Below, piece by piece: positions 1 through 12,734 of a stretch of DNA of 64,000 nt (position 1 is the first letter of the stretch; each line of letters starts with the position of its first letter). The position numbers were made by a program, and so were the translations under genes. The stretch covers positions 43,524,001-43,588,000 of the forward strand of contig OX597819.1 of the NCBI GenBank assembly GCA_951406725.2. Reading direction: 5' to 3'. The stretch comes from Octopus vulgaris. Taxonomy: Eukaryota. The notes under the pieces are model-generated. The model was given only the letters and a program-made list of their open reading frames with translations. It had not been told where the DNA came from and made no database searches.

Positions 1-160
1 GGGGATGCCACCAACTGGCATTTTCACCGTCCAAGGCATTTTGTTCAGAGAAGAGACAGCAGATGTCATCGCTATTGCAGACCAAGAGCAGGTCTTGTAG
101 TCCACATGCGAGCCAGCCGAGGATGATTTCTGAACACAACAGCCAACATCAACCTACGAA
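1..160 (+). mobile_element. Probable 3' end of an RTE-like LINE ORF (C-terminal zinc-finger-like motif) followed by a (CA)n tract
   Basis: Frame 1 reads ...SRCHRYCRPRAGLVVHMRASRG*, resembling the CxRxCxSxxGLxxHxR motif that ends RTE ORFs; a (CA)n tract follows. Confidence 0.4.
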
Positions 161-166
161 TGACAG

Positions 167-208
167 CCAAACACACACACACACACACAAACACGCACAC
201 ACACACAC

Positions 209-266
<58 letters not shown>

Positions 267-282
267 ACACACAAACACACAC

Positions 283-350
<68 letters not shown>
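167..350. repeat. (CA)n microsatellite
   Basis: Direct reading. Confidence 0.95.
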
Positions 351-352
<2 letters not shown>

Positions 353-420
353 ATGAGTGGATAAACGAAAGAGGCATTTGGTAGGAGTTACATGTATTCT
401 TGTTTAATTACGAACCGAGC

Positions 421-496
421 TTAGCCTGACGAGTCTGGCTCTGTTGATGCACATAGGAGACTTTAAGCTGCATGAAGACGAATCAAATCGTTATTA

Positions 497-497
<1 letters not shown>
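421..497 (+). ncRNA. Degenerate hammerhead ribozyme-like motif
   Basis: CTGACGA (426-432), stem II GTCT...AGAC with inner ATGCA/TGCAT, then GAAT instead of GAAA, a GTT triplet and an imperfect stem I. Confidence 0.35.
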
Positions 498-537
<40 letters not shown>

Positions 538-565
538 CAACAACAACAACAACAACAATAATAAA

Positions 566-599
<34 letters not shown>

Positions 600-681
600 T
601 AATGCTGATATATTTATGTATAGGGTCAGCCCATAAATAATACGGGATTTTTAACTTCCCTTTATTTTTCAAAATTACGAT

Positions 682-1084
682 AGGCGCAGGAGTGGCTGTG
701 TGATAAGTAGCTTGCTTACGAACCACATGGTTCCGGGTTCAGTTCCACTGTGTGGCACCTTGGGCAAGTGTCTTCTACGATAGCCTCGGGCCGACCAAAG
801 CAATGTGAGTGGATTTAGTATACAGAAACTGAAAGAAGCTCGTCGAATATATGTATATATATGTGTTTGTGTGTCTGTGTTTGCCCCCCCCCCCATGCAA
901 CATCGCTTGACAACCGATACTGGTGTGTTTACGTCCCCGTAACTTAGCGGTTCGGCAAAAGAGCCCGATAGGATAAGTACTAGGCTTACAAAGATTAAGT
1001 CCTGGGGTCTGTTTGCTCGACAAAAGGCGGTGCTCCAGCATGGCCACAGTCACATGACTGAAACAAGTAAAAGAGTAAAAGAGT
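682..1084 (+). mobile_element. tRNA-derived CORE-type SINE (octopus OR1/OR2-like) with internal (TA)/(TG) tract
   Basis: Pol III A/B-box-like head (GGCTGTGTGATAAG...GGTTCAGTTCC), CORE-like GGCACCTTGGGCAAGTG, tail CCAGCATGGCCACAGTCACATGACTGAAACAAG(TAAAAGAG)n; more than 10 copies in window. Confidence 0.85.
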
Positions 1085-1115
1085 ATACTTACACACACAT
1101 ATGTGTATATACTTA

Positions 1116-1159
<44 letters not shown>

Positions 1160-1160
<1 letters not shown>

Positions 1161-1403
1161 TTTATTTAAAGCAGCAGAAAATTCAACAAAATCTGTTACT
1201 CTGAGTTTCTCGTTGCCGTTCATCAGACAGTTTTTGCTAGCAAAACTGTCTAGCTAAAACTGTCTGATGAACGGCAACGAGAAACTCAGAGTAACAGATT
1301 TTGTTGAATTTTCTGCTGCTTTAAAATAAAGCATATTACTCTACCACTGGTATTTGAGTACTCTTTTTTTCCACCTTGTTTCACATTTATGTGTTTACTC
1401 CGG
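1160..1403. mobile_element. Penelope-like pLTR remnant with ~75-bp inverted repeat, inserted in (TA)n
   Basis: Arms 1160-1234 and 1256-1331 are near-perfect reverse complements; (TA)n on both sides; hammerhead core in each arm. Confidence 0.7.
1256..1302 (+). ncRNA. Minimal type I hammerhead ribozyme (mirror copy on minus strand at ~1188-1234)
   Basis: Stem I CTGT/ACAG, CTGATGA 1264-1270, stem II CG-GCAA-CG (A.A at the first pair), GAAA, stem III ACTC-A-GAGT, GTA triplet 1291-1293. Confidence 0.65.
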
Positions 1404-1645
1404 TATATATATATATATAAATATATGTGTGTATGTTTGCCTATGTTCGTATATCTATACGGATACAGTAGATAACAGCAAGTTGATGCGCGGTGGGTTT
1501 GAACTAAAGCGTGGCTTGATAAGAGCTAATGCACGAATCTTCAAGCAATTGAATCATTTTGTGTGTTCTGTCTCTTAATATATGTATTTGTAAGCGAGTC
1601 TGTGTGTGTGTGTGTTTGTGTGTATGTGTGTATCTATTCATTTAG

Positions 1646-1983
1646 TGGAGGCGCAATGGCCCAGTGGTTAGGGCATCGGACTCGCAGTCATAGGATCGCG
1701 GTTTCGATTCCCAGACCGGGCGTTGTGAGTGTTTATTGAGCGAAAATACCTAAAGCTCCATGAGGCTCCGGCAGGGGATGGTGGTGATCCCTGCTGTACT
1801 CTTTCACCACAACTTTCTCTCACTCTTACTTCCTGTTTCTGTTGTACCTGTATTTCAAAGGGCCGTTAAGGGTACACGTGTCTGTGGAGTGCTCAGCCAC
1901 TTACACGCTAATTTCACGAGCAGGCTGTTCCGTTGATTCGGATCAACCGGAACCCTCATCGTCGTAACCGACAGAGTGCTTCC
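1646..1983 (+). mobile_element. tRNA-derived SINE, head A + tail T1 (internal deletion)
   Basis: GGAGGCGCAATGGCCCAGTGGTTAGGG...GGTTTCGATTCCC head; 13-bp TSD ATCTATTCATTTA at 1632-1644 and 1984-1996. Confidence 0.85.
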
Positions 1984-2016
1984 ATCTATTCATTTATAAT
2001 TGTATATTTCTAAAAA

Positions 2017-2337
2017 GACTCCGCCGGTTACGACGACGAGGGTCCCAGCTGATACGATCAACGGAACAGCTTGCTCGTGAAATTAACGTGCAAATGGCTG
2101 AGCATTCCACAGACACGTGTACCCTTAACGTAGTTCTCGGGGATAATCAGCGTGACACAGAGAGTGACAAGGCTGACCCTTTGAAATACAAGTACAACTC
2201 ATTTTTGCCAGCTGAGTGGACTGGAGCAACGTGAAATAAAGTGTCTTGCTCAAGGACACAACGCGTCGCCGGGAATCGAACTCACAACCTTACGATCATG
2301 AGCCGAATGCCCTAACCACTAAGCCACGCGCCCTCAC
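2017..2337 (-). mobile_element. tRNA-derived SINE, head B (CORE-like GTGTCCTTGAGCAAGACACTT) + tail T1
   Basis: Head GGCGCGTGGCTTAGTGGTTAGG...GAGTTCGATTCCC on minus strand; TAATTGTATAT repeated on both flanks; tail shared with the 1646 copy. Confidence 0.85.
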
Positions 2338-2499
2338 CTAATTGTATATACACACGAACTCACATACACACATACCTGCACACACCTACGAATACACACG
2401 CGCACACACACGCACACATATACAGTGGGTTTGTGTAGAACAGTAAGAAATATTAACACAAAATGTGACAAAAAAAAAACCTTCAGTTACCATCGCTCC

Positions 2500-2764
2500 C
2501 ACTACTACCGCTACTACTGCTGCTGACCCTCCTCCACCTCCTCCTCCACCTCCTCCTCCACCTCCTCCTCCACCTCCTTCCTCCTCCTCCCCTCCTCCTC
2601 CTCCTCCTCCTACTACTACTACCACCACCACCACCGCCACCACCACCACCACCACCACCACCACCACCACCACCACCACCACTACTACTACTACTACTAC
2701 CACCACCACCACCACCACCACCACCACCACCACCACCACCACCACCACCACCACCACCACCACC

Positions 2765-2807
<43 letters not shown>
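2500..2807. repeat. Compound (CCT)n/(CCA)n/(CTA)n microsatellite
   Basis: Direct reading. Confidence 0.95.
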
Positions 2808-3273
2808 TAGGAAAGGCAACAACGAATGCTTTTACTTAAAACAATTTTTTTAAAGCACAATTATCTGTTGGCGATAAAATGTTACAGTTTCACAAGTGTT
2901 ACTATAATTAAGTTTCTTGGTAGTTAAATTAATTAGCTTTACTTCTCTTAGTTAATTTAAGCTACTTTAACTTCACTACTGTCTAATGACAACTGCCTCT
3001 ACACTTTTTTCTTTACCTCCTTGCGTGGTTCGGTCTTTATGAAGCAATTGTCGATTCTCTCCTCGTGTGATCATCAGCGAATGGTTGAGAGTATGCAGGG
3101 GGATATTATTATGGTCAGTTCAGATTACTTCAACCCGCAGTCCTGGTTGTTTTTGCTACTGTCGTTGTTGTTCTTGTTGTTGTTTAACATCAGAGCTCTC
3201 TGATCGCAGCAAAACCATTCTTATCGCGACTTCCCAGTGCTTCTTTTTTTCACATATAGTCTATCTCTGACTG

Positions 3274-3612
3274 TCGCGGTTTCGATTCCCAGACCGGGCG
3301 TTGTGAGTGTTTATTGAGCGAAAACACCTAAAGCTCCACGAGGCACCGGCAGGGGATGGTGGTGATCCCTACTGTATTCTTTCACCACAACTTTCTCTCA
3401 CTCTTACTTCCTGTTTCTGTTGTACCTGTATTTCAAAGGGCCCGCCTTGTCACTCTCTGTGTCACGCTGAATATCCCCGAGAACTACGTTAAGGGTACAC
3501 GTGTCAGTGGAGTGCTCAACCACTTACACGTTAATTTCTCGAGCAGGCTGTTCCGTTGGTCGGATCAACCGGAACCCTCATCGTCGTAACCGACGGAGTG
3601 CTTCCATCCATC
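3274..3612 (+). mobile_element. 5'-truncated SINE, head A + tail T1
   Basis: Homologous to the 1646 copy; ATCTCTGACT repeated on both flanks. Confidence 0.85.
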
Positions 3613-4490
3613 ATCTCTGACTATATTTAAAGCAAATATATCGTTGATAGAGAGACTTTTAAAATCACTGTTTTAATATATCAGTGTGGTTGAATATTGT
3701 CGTAGCATGCGTTTGCCAGTGGATAACTGCTACTGACGAAGCACAAAGAGGCAGGAAGATGTATTTAGCAATATTCGTCAACGCTGCTAACGATTTTCGT
3801 CTGTTACTAAAATATTTCTGCTTTCTCGTGACAAATCCGCACTTTAGCTGGCTTTCGATGATACATCTACTTTAAGTATGATACATATATTCTGTTATGA
3901 ATTATTACCCCTTCAGTCGATGATAATGGATTTTTCTATGTTATTCTCCTTGAGTATTCATATCTATATTACAGTTAATGGGTGAATGAATGTGTATAAC
4001 TGAGTACTTGTAATGTTCATGATATAGCATTAGGCCGTAGCTGACTGCAAGATTTAAAGTACTGGTGTTACTTGCTGATGATACTGTTTTTCTTTTTCTT
4101 GTATCTTTTAGTCAAGTGGGAAGGCTGTGCTTTTGCTCCATTACAGGGCCATCGTGACTGGTCGGAAGGCGGGAAGGAGAGCCCGAAAGCTTGCAATGGA
4201 GTGAACTCTACTAAAGGAACACGAAGTGCCATATGATAGTGGTTTTAAACCTGGTGATAAATTCCGTCAACCATCCAGGTAGGCCATGGTGTTACTCGAG
4301 CTTCGGTGCACAACAAATATCACAAAGCATTTAATCCGACATTCTAACGATTCCTCCAATCCGTTGCACTAGATTAACGTCTCTCAAGCAGATCCAAGAT
4401 CAAAACTTTTGATTTTTTTTTTGTTTGAAATTGTATCTAGGACTACGTTATTCAATGTGACTGTCTTCGTTGGTATTAGCTAAATTCAGG

Positions 4491-4665
4491 AAGGCGGTGA
4501 ACTGGTAGAATCGTTTATACGTTGGACAAATTCAGCAGAGGGTGACTTCGCCTTTCATTTTTTTCGGGGTCGATGAAATAAGATCCGGTCGAGCACAGGG
4601 GTCGACGTAATTGACTAGCTTCTCCCTGAAAATTCCGTGCCCTGTACCTATAATAGAAAGAATTT
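4491..4665 (+). mobile_element. Degenerate Meta-domain-type SINE
   Basis: GGCGGTGAACTGGTAGAATCG head; GACTTCGCCTTTCAT...CGGGGTCGATGAAATAAG body. Confidence 0.65.
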
Positions 4666-5126
4666 TTTAAGCAGAGGGCAATTCTAATCTAACACAACAA
4701 TTATCAAAAGCGTTCCAACCGAGAACATCCAGTTTTCATTTCCACACAAACTGTCTAGGACTATAATGTCAGAGTCGATTATTTATTTTCAATTATGTTA
4801 AAGAAGTCTGATGTTCAATTTGAGTTAAGAGTTAGTTACTGTTTCTATCAGGTAGAAGAACCGCATAACAATGGCTTCCTCATTGGCTAGTCTATGTCTC
4901 CGTCACTCAAAAACATTGCTCACGTCCCTTGGCCTGTGGAAGAATTGGACATCACAGCTCACATTCCTCATCCGACATCTCTCCTCTTCCTCCCTTTCTC
5001 CTTCATACACATACACCCACCCACGTGTGCGCGTGTATGTGTGTGTGTGTGTGTGTATGTGTGTGTGTGTGTGCTTCTGCCTCTCTAAGCGTCATCAGTA
5101 CAGCAATTATTTCCGAAAAATGAGTA

Positions 5127-5159
<33 letters not shown>

Positions 5160-5611
5160 CTCAAAATAAGCAACAAGAATAACTTCGGTAATTTGGCACG
5201 ATCGTTTCACGCTACATCATTTTATTAAATATTGTAAGTATTACAACAGTTTTAAAATGTTGACTATTCATCAGCCATTTATAGAGGTTTTCCATTAATA
5301 CATAATTTTCATATCGATTGATAACATTATAGAGAAGGTAGATACATAGACAAATATGTCGATTTAAATTTTAAGAACATTAAGTTAGTAGAGTTTATCA
5401 TCTGACTGAAGAATATTCAGTTTAAAACTGTTGTAATACTTACAATATTTAATAAAATGATGTAGCGTGAAACGATCGTACCAAATTACCGAAGTTATTC
5501 TTGTTGCTTATTTTGATTATAATCACCCCACGGATTTTTATGGATAACACCATACAAAATCCTGGTGCATCTAAATTAAGTACCATATTCATTTGAATCT
5601 AAATTTTGCTG

Positions 5612-5614
<3 letters not shown>
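5160..5614. mobile_element. Penelope-like pLTR remnant, inverted repeat with hammerhead cores, in (TA)n
   Basis: Arms ~5161-5254 and ~5421-5517; minus-strand CTGATGA (5268-5274)...GAAACGATCGTG and plus-strand CTGAAGA (5406-5412)...GAAACGATCGTA; terminus homologous to 5714-5810 and 35952-36020. Confidence 0.7.
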
Positions 5615-5670
<56 letters not shown>

Positions 5671-5672
<2 letters not shown>

Positions 5673-6446
5673 AAAAGCAATAAAGATTCAAGTTAATTTA
5701 AATGAATTTACTTGAATATGGTACCTAACTTAGATGCACCAAAAAAAACTATACTGATTTAACAATACAGTAATGTGGGGTGATTATAAGCGAGAATGAA
5801 GCAACAAGAATGGATAGGTTTTTAGTACAATCGTTTCATACAAGGACAGGTTTTATTAAAAGTTGCAAAAATTACAGCATATAAACGTGTCCCGTACTCA
5901 TCAGCTAAAATACATGTGAGTTCTCTAGACATCCTAGTGGTTGAGGCTATACTCATGAAGTAATGTAGATAATTAAGTAACATAAACAGATTTCAAAAGT
6001 TCATTAAAGTTCTTTAAAGATGATGTACAGTCTTATCACAGAATTTTAAAAAAGTCTTAACAGCATCACAGAGAAGGTGACCCAATCCATAGTGCATATA
6101 TGAATTTCCAGAGATATGATGAGGGATTACATACTCACAGAAGGCAAATTTATCCATTGTTAATTACAACGAGGTGGGTTTCAATTCCTGCTTATTAGCA
6201 TTACAGAGAGGGTGAATTAATCCTTTGTATAGATGCACAATTTCCAATGGTGTAGGTGTAAATTTCCAAGGAATTTCATATTCACAGGCGATAAATTTAT
6301 CAATGGTTGAACACAATGAGGTAGGTATCAATTCTTGCTATATGATTAGGTATTTGCCACATTAATCACATTACTGCTATTTACAAGAGGCTGTAGCTAT
6401 TTAACTTTTAAAGGCTGAAGGGCTTACTAGAGCTGTATAGAATAGA
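5671..6446 (-). mobile_element. Penelope-like non-coding element between (TA)n tracts, same family as 5160-5614
   Basis: Shared terminal segment GAATATGGTAC-TAA-TTAGATGCACC...GTGGGGTGATTATAA...AAGCAACAAGAAT; contains a hammerhead. Confidence 0.65.
5820..5910 (-). ncRNA. Type I hammerhead ribozyme with extended stem II
   Basis: Minus strand: TTTTAG-CTGATGA-GTACGGGACA...TGTCCTTGTAT-GAAAC-GATT-GTA-CTAAAA; perfect 6-bp stem I, ~10-bp stem II, intact core. Confidence 0.8.
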
Positions 6447-6493
6447 AATATATATATATATTATATATATATATATATATACATGCATAGATA

Positions 6494-6755
<262 letters not shown>

Positions 6756-7089
6756 TGTGCGTGTATATGTGTGTGTGTGTGTGTTTGTGCGTGCGTGCAT
6801 GTGTGTGCATGTGTGTGTGTGTGTACGTATGTGTTTTTGTGTGCATGACAGCGTATATGTGCATTTTATATGTCTGCATGTGTTTGCGTGTATACATGTT
6901 TCTGCATTCGCGCTGTATCTTGCACAGACATACCAAAAACACTATCATGTACTACCATTATCAGCAATAAAAACAACAACAACAACAACAACGAGCGCAA
7001 CAACAACAACAGCAACAGAATTGATAAAAGCATTAAAAAAACACAAAGACCAACATCAACAAGAACACGAAAGACAATACTATGAAAGA

Positions 7090-7459
7090 CAGTACTACCA
7101 CCACCCAAAGAACTCTAGCTACAATACCACTGTCATAACCCCTCCCCCACCATCACCATCACTACCACCACCACCACCACCACCACCACCCAAAGAACTC
7201 CAACTTCAATGCTATTGACATAACTACCACCACCCCAATGACCATCACCATCACCACCACTTGTTTCAGTCATTTGACTGCGGCCATGCTGGAGCACCGC
7301 CTTTAGTCGAGCAAATCGACCCCGGGACTTATTCTTTGTAAGCCCAGTACTTATTCTCATTTCGGTCTCTTTTGCCGAACTGCTAAGTGACGGGGACGTA
7401 AACACACACCAGCATCGGTTGTCAAGCAACGCTAGGGGGACAAACACAGACACACAAAC

Positions 7460-7490
<31 letters not shown>

Positions 7491-8165
7491 CATATATACG
7501 ACAGGCTTCTTTCAGTTTCTGTCTACCAAATCCACTCACAAGGCATTGGTCGGCCCGGGGCTATAGCAGAAGACACTTGCCCAAGTTGCCACGCAGTGGG
7601 ATTGAACCCAGAACCATGTGGTTGGTTAGCAAGCTACTTACCACACAGCCACTCCTGCGCCTACAGCTACTACCACCCAAAGAACTCTTACTGCAATACC
7701 ATTAGGATAACCGCCACTACTACCACCACAATCACCACCACCACTATCACTACCATCATTATCATCACTACAACGACGACGACGACGACCACCACCACCA
7801 GTAGCAGCAGCAACAGCACCACCACCACCATCACCACCACCACCACCATCACCACCACCACTACTACCACCCAAAGAACTCTTACTACAATACCATTAGG
7901 ATAACCGCCACCACTATCACCACCATCACCATCACCATCACCATCACCATCATCACCACTACCACGACCATCACCACCACCACTACCACCACTATCACTA
8001 CCATCATTATCCTCACTACAACGACGACGACGACGACGACCACCACCACGACCACCATCACCACCACCACCACTATCACCATAACCATCACCACCACGAC
8101 CATCGCCATCACCATCGCCATCACCATCCAACACCAACAATATCAACAAGTTCACCATCACCGCC

Positions 8166-8214
<49 letters not shown>

Positions 8215-8243
8215 CCACCACCACCACCACCAACAACAACAAC
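7090..8243. repeat. (CAC/CAT/CAA)-rich degenerate repeat with recurring CCACCCAAAGAACTC unit
   Basis: Unit seen near 7101, 7186, 7673 and 7867; interrupted by a SINE. Confidence 0.8.
7260..7661 (-). mobile_element. CORE-type SINE
   Basis: Reverse-complement homolog of 682-1084. Confidence 0.85.
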
Positions 8244-8477
8244 AGTAAGAGAGCCAGAGCATGAGAATGAAGGAGACAGATATGCTGGTTAATATATCAG
8301 TGCAGCTAATATGCTGTCATAAAAATGCAACATAATCTGTATTGCTCGCACACAAGATACACCTTAAATGGAATAAAAAGATTTAATTCTTTTATCGAAT
8401 TTTATCCTGACAGCAGCTAGCACCTGATCTCTTGGCTGCAAGTGTTAGATACACGCATGAGTGCGTACGTTCTTCTT

Positions 8478-8589
<112 letters not shown>

Positions 8590-9584
8590 CGCACAGATAT
8601 GCATACGCACACACGCATATATATATATATATATATATATATAAATCACACACACACACACACTTAACACGTAACACATACGTACACATAGACACACAAA
8701 CACATATATATACACATCTTTTTCTTCTTTTCCTTCTTCTTCTTCTTTTTCGTCTATACACACACATATATACACGCGCAAACATCATGTATATATATAT
8801 ATATACATATATAGATACATTCATATGCTTATATATATATATACATGCATACACACTCACACACATACACACACACTTACGTATTTATATATATAAATAT
8901 ATATAGATACATACATATGTATATATACATGTATATATATATATATACATACATACACACGCGTTCACACACACATACACACACACACATATATATATAT
9001 ATACATACGTGCATACATATATTCATTCATACACATGTATATAAATATATACGTTGATTTAATGATGCCGACACCCATCCATCCATCCATACATACATAC
9101 ATACATACAGGGATGCATTCATACACATGTTGCATACATTTATACTACACATGATCATATATACACGCAGATATACATACGCATATATTCACACACATGT
9201 ATACATATATTGACACATACAAACATTAAAAACAAAACAACTTATAAATAGATGGATCTCCGTCGGTTTCGATGATCGCTTCACCGTTCTGCAATGAACC
9301 AAAACTGTGCATTTAATTAGGTTGTAAGTGACTGAGTCACAGACAGAACCATCATGCCACAGTCTGTAGCAAATCTGGACCTTGGAACTATAGTCACAGG
9401 TAGTCAGATAAGTTTAGTCACAGTTTTTCCAAATATAATATTTTACTTATAGGCTTGCTTCAACCCGTGTTTATGGTGGAAGACACTTGTACAAGATACC
9501 AAACAGTGGGATCGAACTCCAGAAGTCATGGTTGCAAAGCGAAACATGTAAGCGTACGGTCATCAGTCTATCCATTCACTGGCC

Positions 9585-10155
9585 GTCCAAATGTCCATCC
9601 ATCCATCCGTTCTTCTTTTCATCCATCCATCCATTCAGCTACCAATTCACCTAGCCACTCGTTTATCCACCAACCCATCCACTCACCCATCCATCCATCC
9701 ATCCATCCATCCATCCAGCCACTTATCGATCCATCTGTCCATCCACTCATCCATCCATCCACTCATCCATCCATCCATCTGTCCATCCACTCCATCCATC
9801 CATCCATCCATCCATCCATCCATCCATCCATCCATCCATCCATCCATTCATCTACGGATTCGCCTAGCCATCCGTTTATCCGCCCACCCATCCACTCACC
9901 CACCCCAATCCTAACCCACCCATCCATCCATTCATCAATTCATCCACCCATCGACCCATCTGTCCATTCACTCATCCATCCATCCATCCTCTCCCGCCCG
10001 CCCGCCCGTCCGTCCGTCCGTGTGTCCATCCATCCCTTTATATCCATCCATCCGTCCGTCCATCCGTCCGTCCATCCATCCATCCATCCATCCATCCATC
10101 CATCCATCCGTCCGTCCGTCCGTCTGTCTATCCGTCCGTCCATCCATCCATCCAA
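9585..10155. repeat. Degenerate (TCCA)n array
   Basis: Direct reading; explains the spurious HPSI-repeat ORFs. Confidence 0.9.
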
Positions 10156-10407
10156 ACATATCCACACACATACAACGAATGCAGGTTGTTTAAAATTTAA
10201 ACTGAAGGCATTGTCAATTGTGAGAGAATGTTTTCAAGATACTGTCTTGCCATGCGATAATGATGTATTAGCCACAACCATTCGGAAAAGAATAAGAAAG
10301 AACGCAGATGACAGCAAATGTAGCTGGACATATTGAGAACGATGGATTAAAAGAATTTTTGCGGAATCTGAGAATAACATCCGCAGCCAAATTAAAATAC
10401 ATTATGA

Positions 10408-10625
10408 AGGTGGCGAGCCGGCAGAATCGTTAGCACTCCGAGCATTATTGCTTTGCGGCATTTCCCTCGTCTTTACGTTCTGAGTTCGAATTCCGCCGAG
10501 GTTGCCTTTGTTTTTTTTATCTTTTCGCGGTCGATGAAATAAGTACCAGTTGAGCACTGGAGGTTATGTAATCGACTTATCCTCTCTCTCAGACTTGCTG
10601 AACTTGTGCCAAAATTTGAAGCCAA
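10408..10625 (+). mobile_element. Meta-domain-type SINE
   Basis: GGTGGCGAGCCGGCAGAATCG head, GAGTTCGAATTCCGCCGAGG B-box region, GGTCGATGAAATAAGTACCAG. Confidence 0.75.
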
Positions 10626-10814
10626 ATTAGAATATACTTGCGCTGATTTTTTAGGACCTCGTATTATAAAAACATGCTCTGCTGTGAAAGACAGCTGGCG
10701 TGTTCGCAATCGATGTCGTAAGAAAAAATACAGAAGAAGGAAGACAAATATGGACCGTTGATGGGGAATCTACAAATCCAGTACCAAAAATATTCTTTTA
10801 ACTCTCTCCTTTAG

Positions 10815-11120
10815 CTTTTACCTATATCATAAACTCATTCCAGTCACTGAAATGCGGCCATACTGAAGCACCGCATTGAAAAGTTTTAGTCGTTCAAATC
10901 GACACCAATAGTTATTTTTAAAGTCCGCTACTTATTCTATGAATCTCTTTTGCCGAACCGCTAAGTTATATTGACGTAAACAAACCAACACCCGTTGTCA
11001 AGTAGAGTTAGTGGGACATATAAAACGCACACGCACGCTATAAACAGACACACACACACACAGTAGGCTTCCATACAGTTTCCATCGAACAAATTTACTT
11101 ATAAGGCATTGGTCGGCCAA
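10815..11120 (-). mobile_element. Older, 5'-truncated CORE-type SINE
   Basis: TCTCTTTTGCCGAACCGCTAAGT and CAGTCACTGAAATGCGGCCAT tail motifs. Confidence 0.7.
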
Positions 11121-11126
11121 CTAGAA

Positions 11127-11362
11127 TACCTATTTCTTTACTACCCACAAGGAGCTAAACACAGAGGGGACAAACAACGACAGACAAACAGATTAAGTCG
11201 ATTATATCGACCCCAGTGCGTAACTGGTACTTAATTTATCGACCCCGAAAGGATGAAAGGCAAAGCCGACCTCGGCGGAATTTGAACTCAGAACGTAGCG
11301 ACAGACGAAATACGGCTACGCATTTCGCCCGGCGTGCTAACGTTTCTGCCAGCTCGCCGCCT
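11127..11362 (-). mobile_element. Meta-domain-type SINE
   Basis: Reverse-complement homolog of 19495-19716. Confidence 0.85.
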
Positions 11363-11626
11363 ATGCGCATACATACATGCATATTTAAGATGACACACAG
11401 ACACATACATACATATGTACATACATACAACTATACATATATACAACCATACATACATATATGCATAGATATATTAATATGTACATACATGCATACATAG
11501 AGGCATACTTGTGTACATGTATGCATTTATGCATGCATACATAGACACATGCACAGCATACGCTCGCACACCACATATATACATGCATACACTCATACAA
11601 ACATACGCGCATACATATATACAAAC

Positions 11627-11682
<56 letters not shown>

Positions 11683-12007
11683 CATATATTCATATGTATG
11701 TACATGCATACAAGCATGCATACATGCAATTATATATCGATATATGCACAGGTACACAGGTACACACATAAATGCATGCATACAAAAATGCATACAAAGG
11801 TACATGCATACATACATACATGCATATAAACATACATACATACATAGAAACAAATACACATACGAAGATACATAATGGTATGCATGCACACAAGCACACA
11901 AACATATACATACATATTGGTACATACACACACACACATGCATGCATGCATACATACATACATACATACATACATACATACATACATACATACATGCATA
12001 CATACAT

Positions 12008-12040
<33 letters not shown>

Positions 12041-12734
12041 CATACACAGGCGCATTCATACATGCATACACATACATACATGCATTCATGCATACGTGCT
12101 ACATAATACATAAATGCATACATACATACATACATACATACATACATACATACCCGTTATTCATTCTCATTTCCACCCTGTATTCTGTTAGCAAGTATTT
12201 TAGGTTAGGCTTCAGTTTTTCAAAGAATTGTAAAGATTATGTGAACTATTGCTGTTGTTGTCGTTGTTGTTGTTTTTGTTGATAAGGCGGTTCTTATCGT
12301 TTTTGTTCTTGTTAGTGTTGTTATTGTTGCTGTCGTTGTTGTTCTTACTCTCGTCGTTATTGTCATTGTAATAATCGATAAGGGTTTTGCCTGTAAGTGA
12401 TTATTCTTCTTCTTCTTGTTATTTCTGTAAATACTGTTGCTTTGTTAATTTAAATGATGACGTCGACGATGCCAAGGGCGATGACAATGCTGAAGATCAT
12501 GGGTAGAGAAACGAAAAAAACTTTGCTTCCTGAAACCATATATTATCCGCTCCCTTAATTTGAATCTCGATTTTCTAGAAAAAATAAACCCAAATAAAAA
12601 AAAAGGTGCGTATTACACGAGGAGCTTTAGAGTAAGTTCAATGGTATATGGTTTTGTCGGTGCACTATTCGTGATAGTACCTTGGTTGCGGTCCACGTAG
12701 ACACTTCAATGTTTAAAAACGATCGTTATTTCGC

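Noticed and set aside
1-153. Minus-strand open frame after an AG (VDVGCCVQ...) as a host exon
   Set aside because: No recognisable protein and a weak polypyrimidine tract; the plus-strand RTE-like reading fits better, though neither is certain
1646-1720. tRNA-like sequence (also at other SINE heads)
   Set aside because: A/B boxes are present but there is no complete cloverleaf, and it continues into a repeated SINE body with TSDs
2465-2839. Pro/Thr-rich mucin-like ORF
   Set aside because: Compound trinucleotide microsatellite
9455-10336. 293-aa ORF rich in HPSI repeats
   Set aside because: Translation of a (TCCA)n array plus a SINE remnant; no domain content
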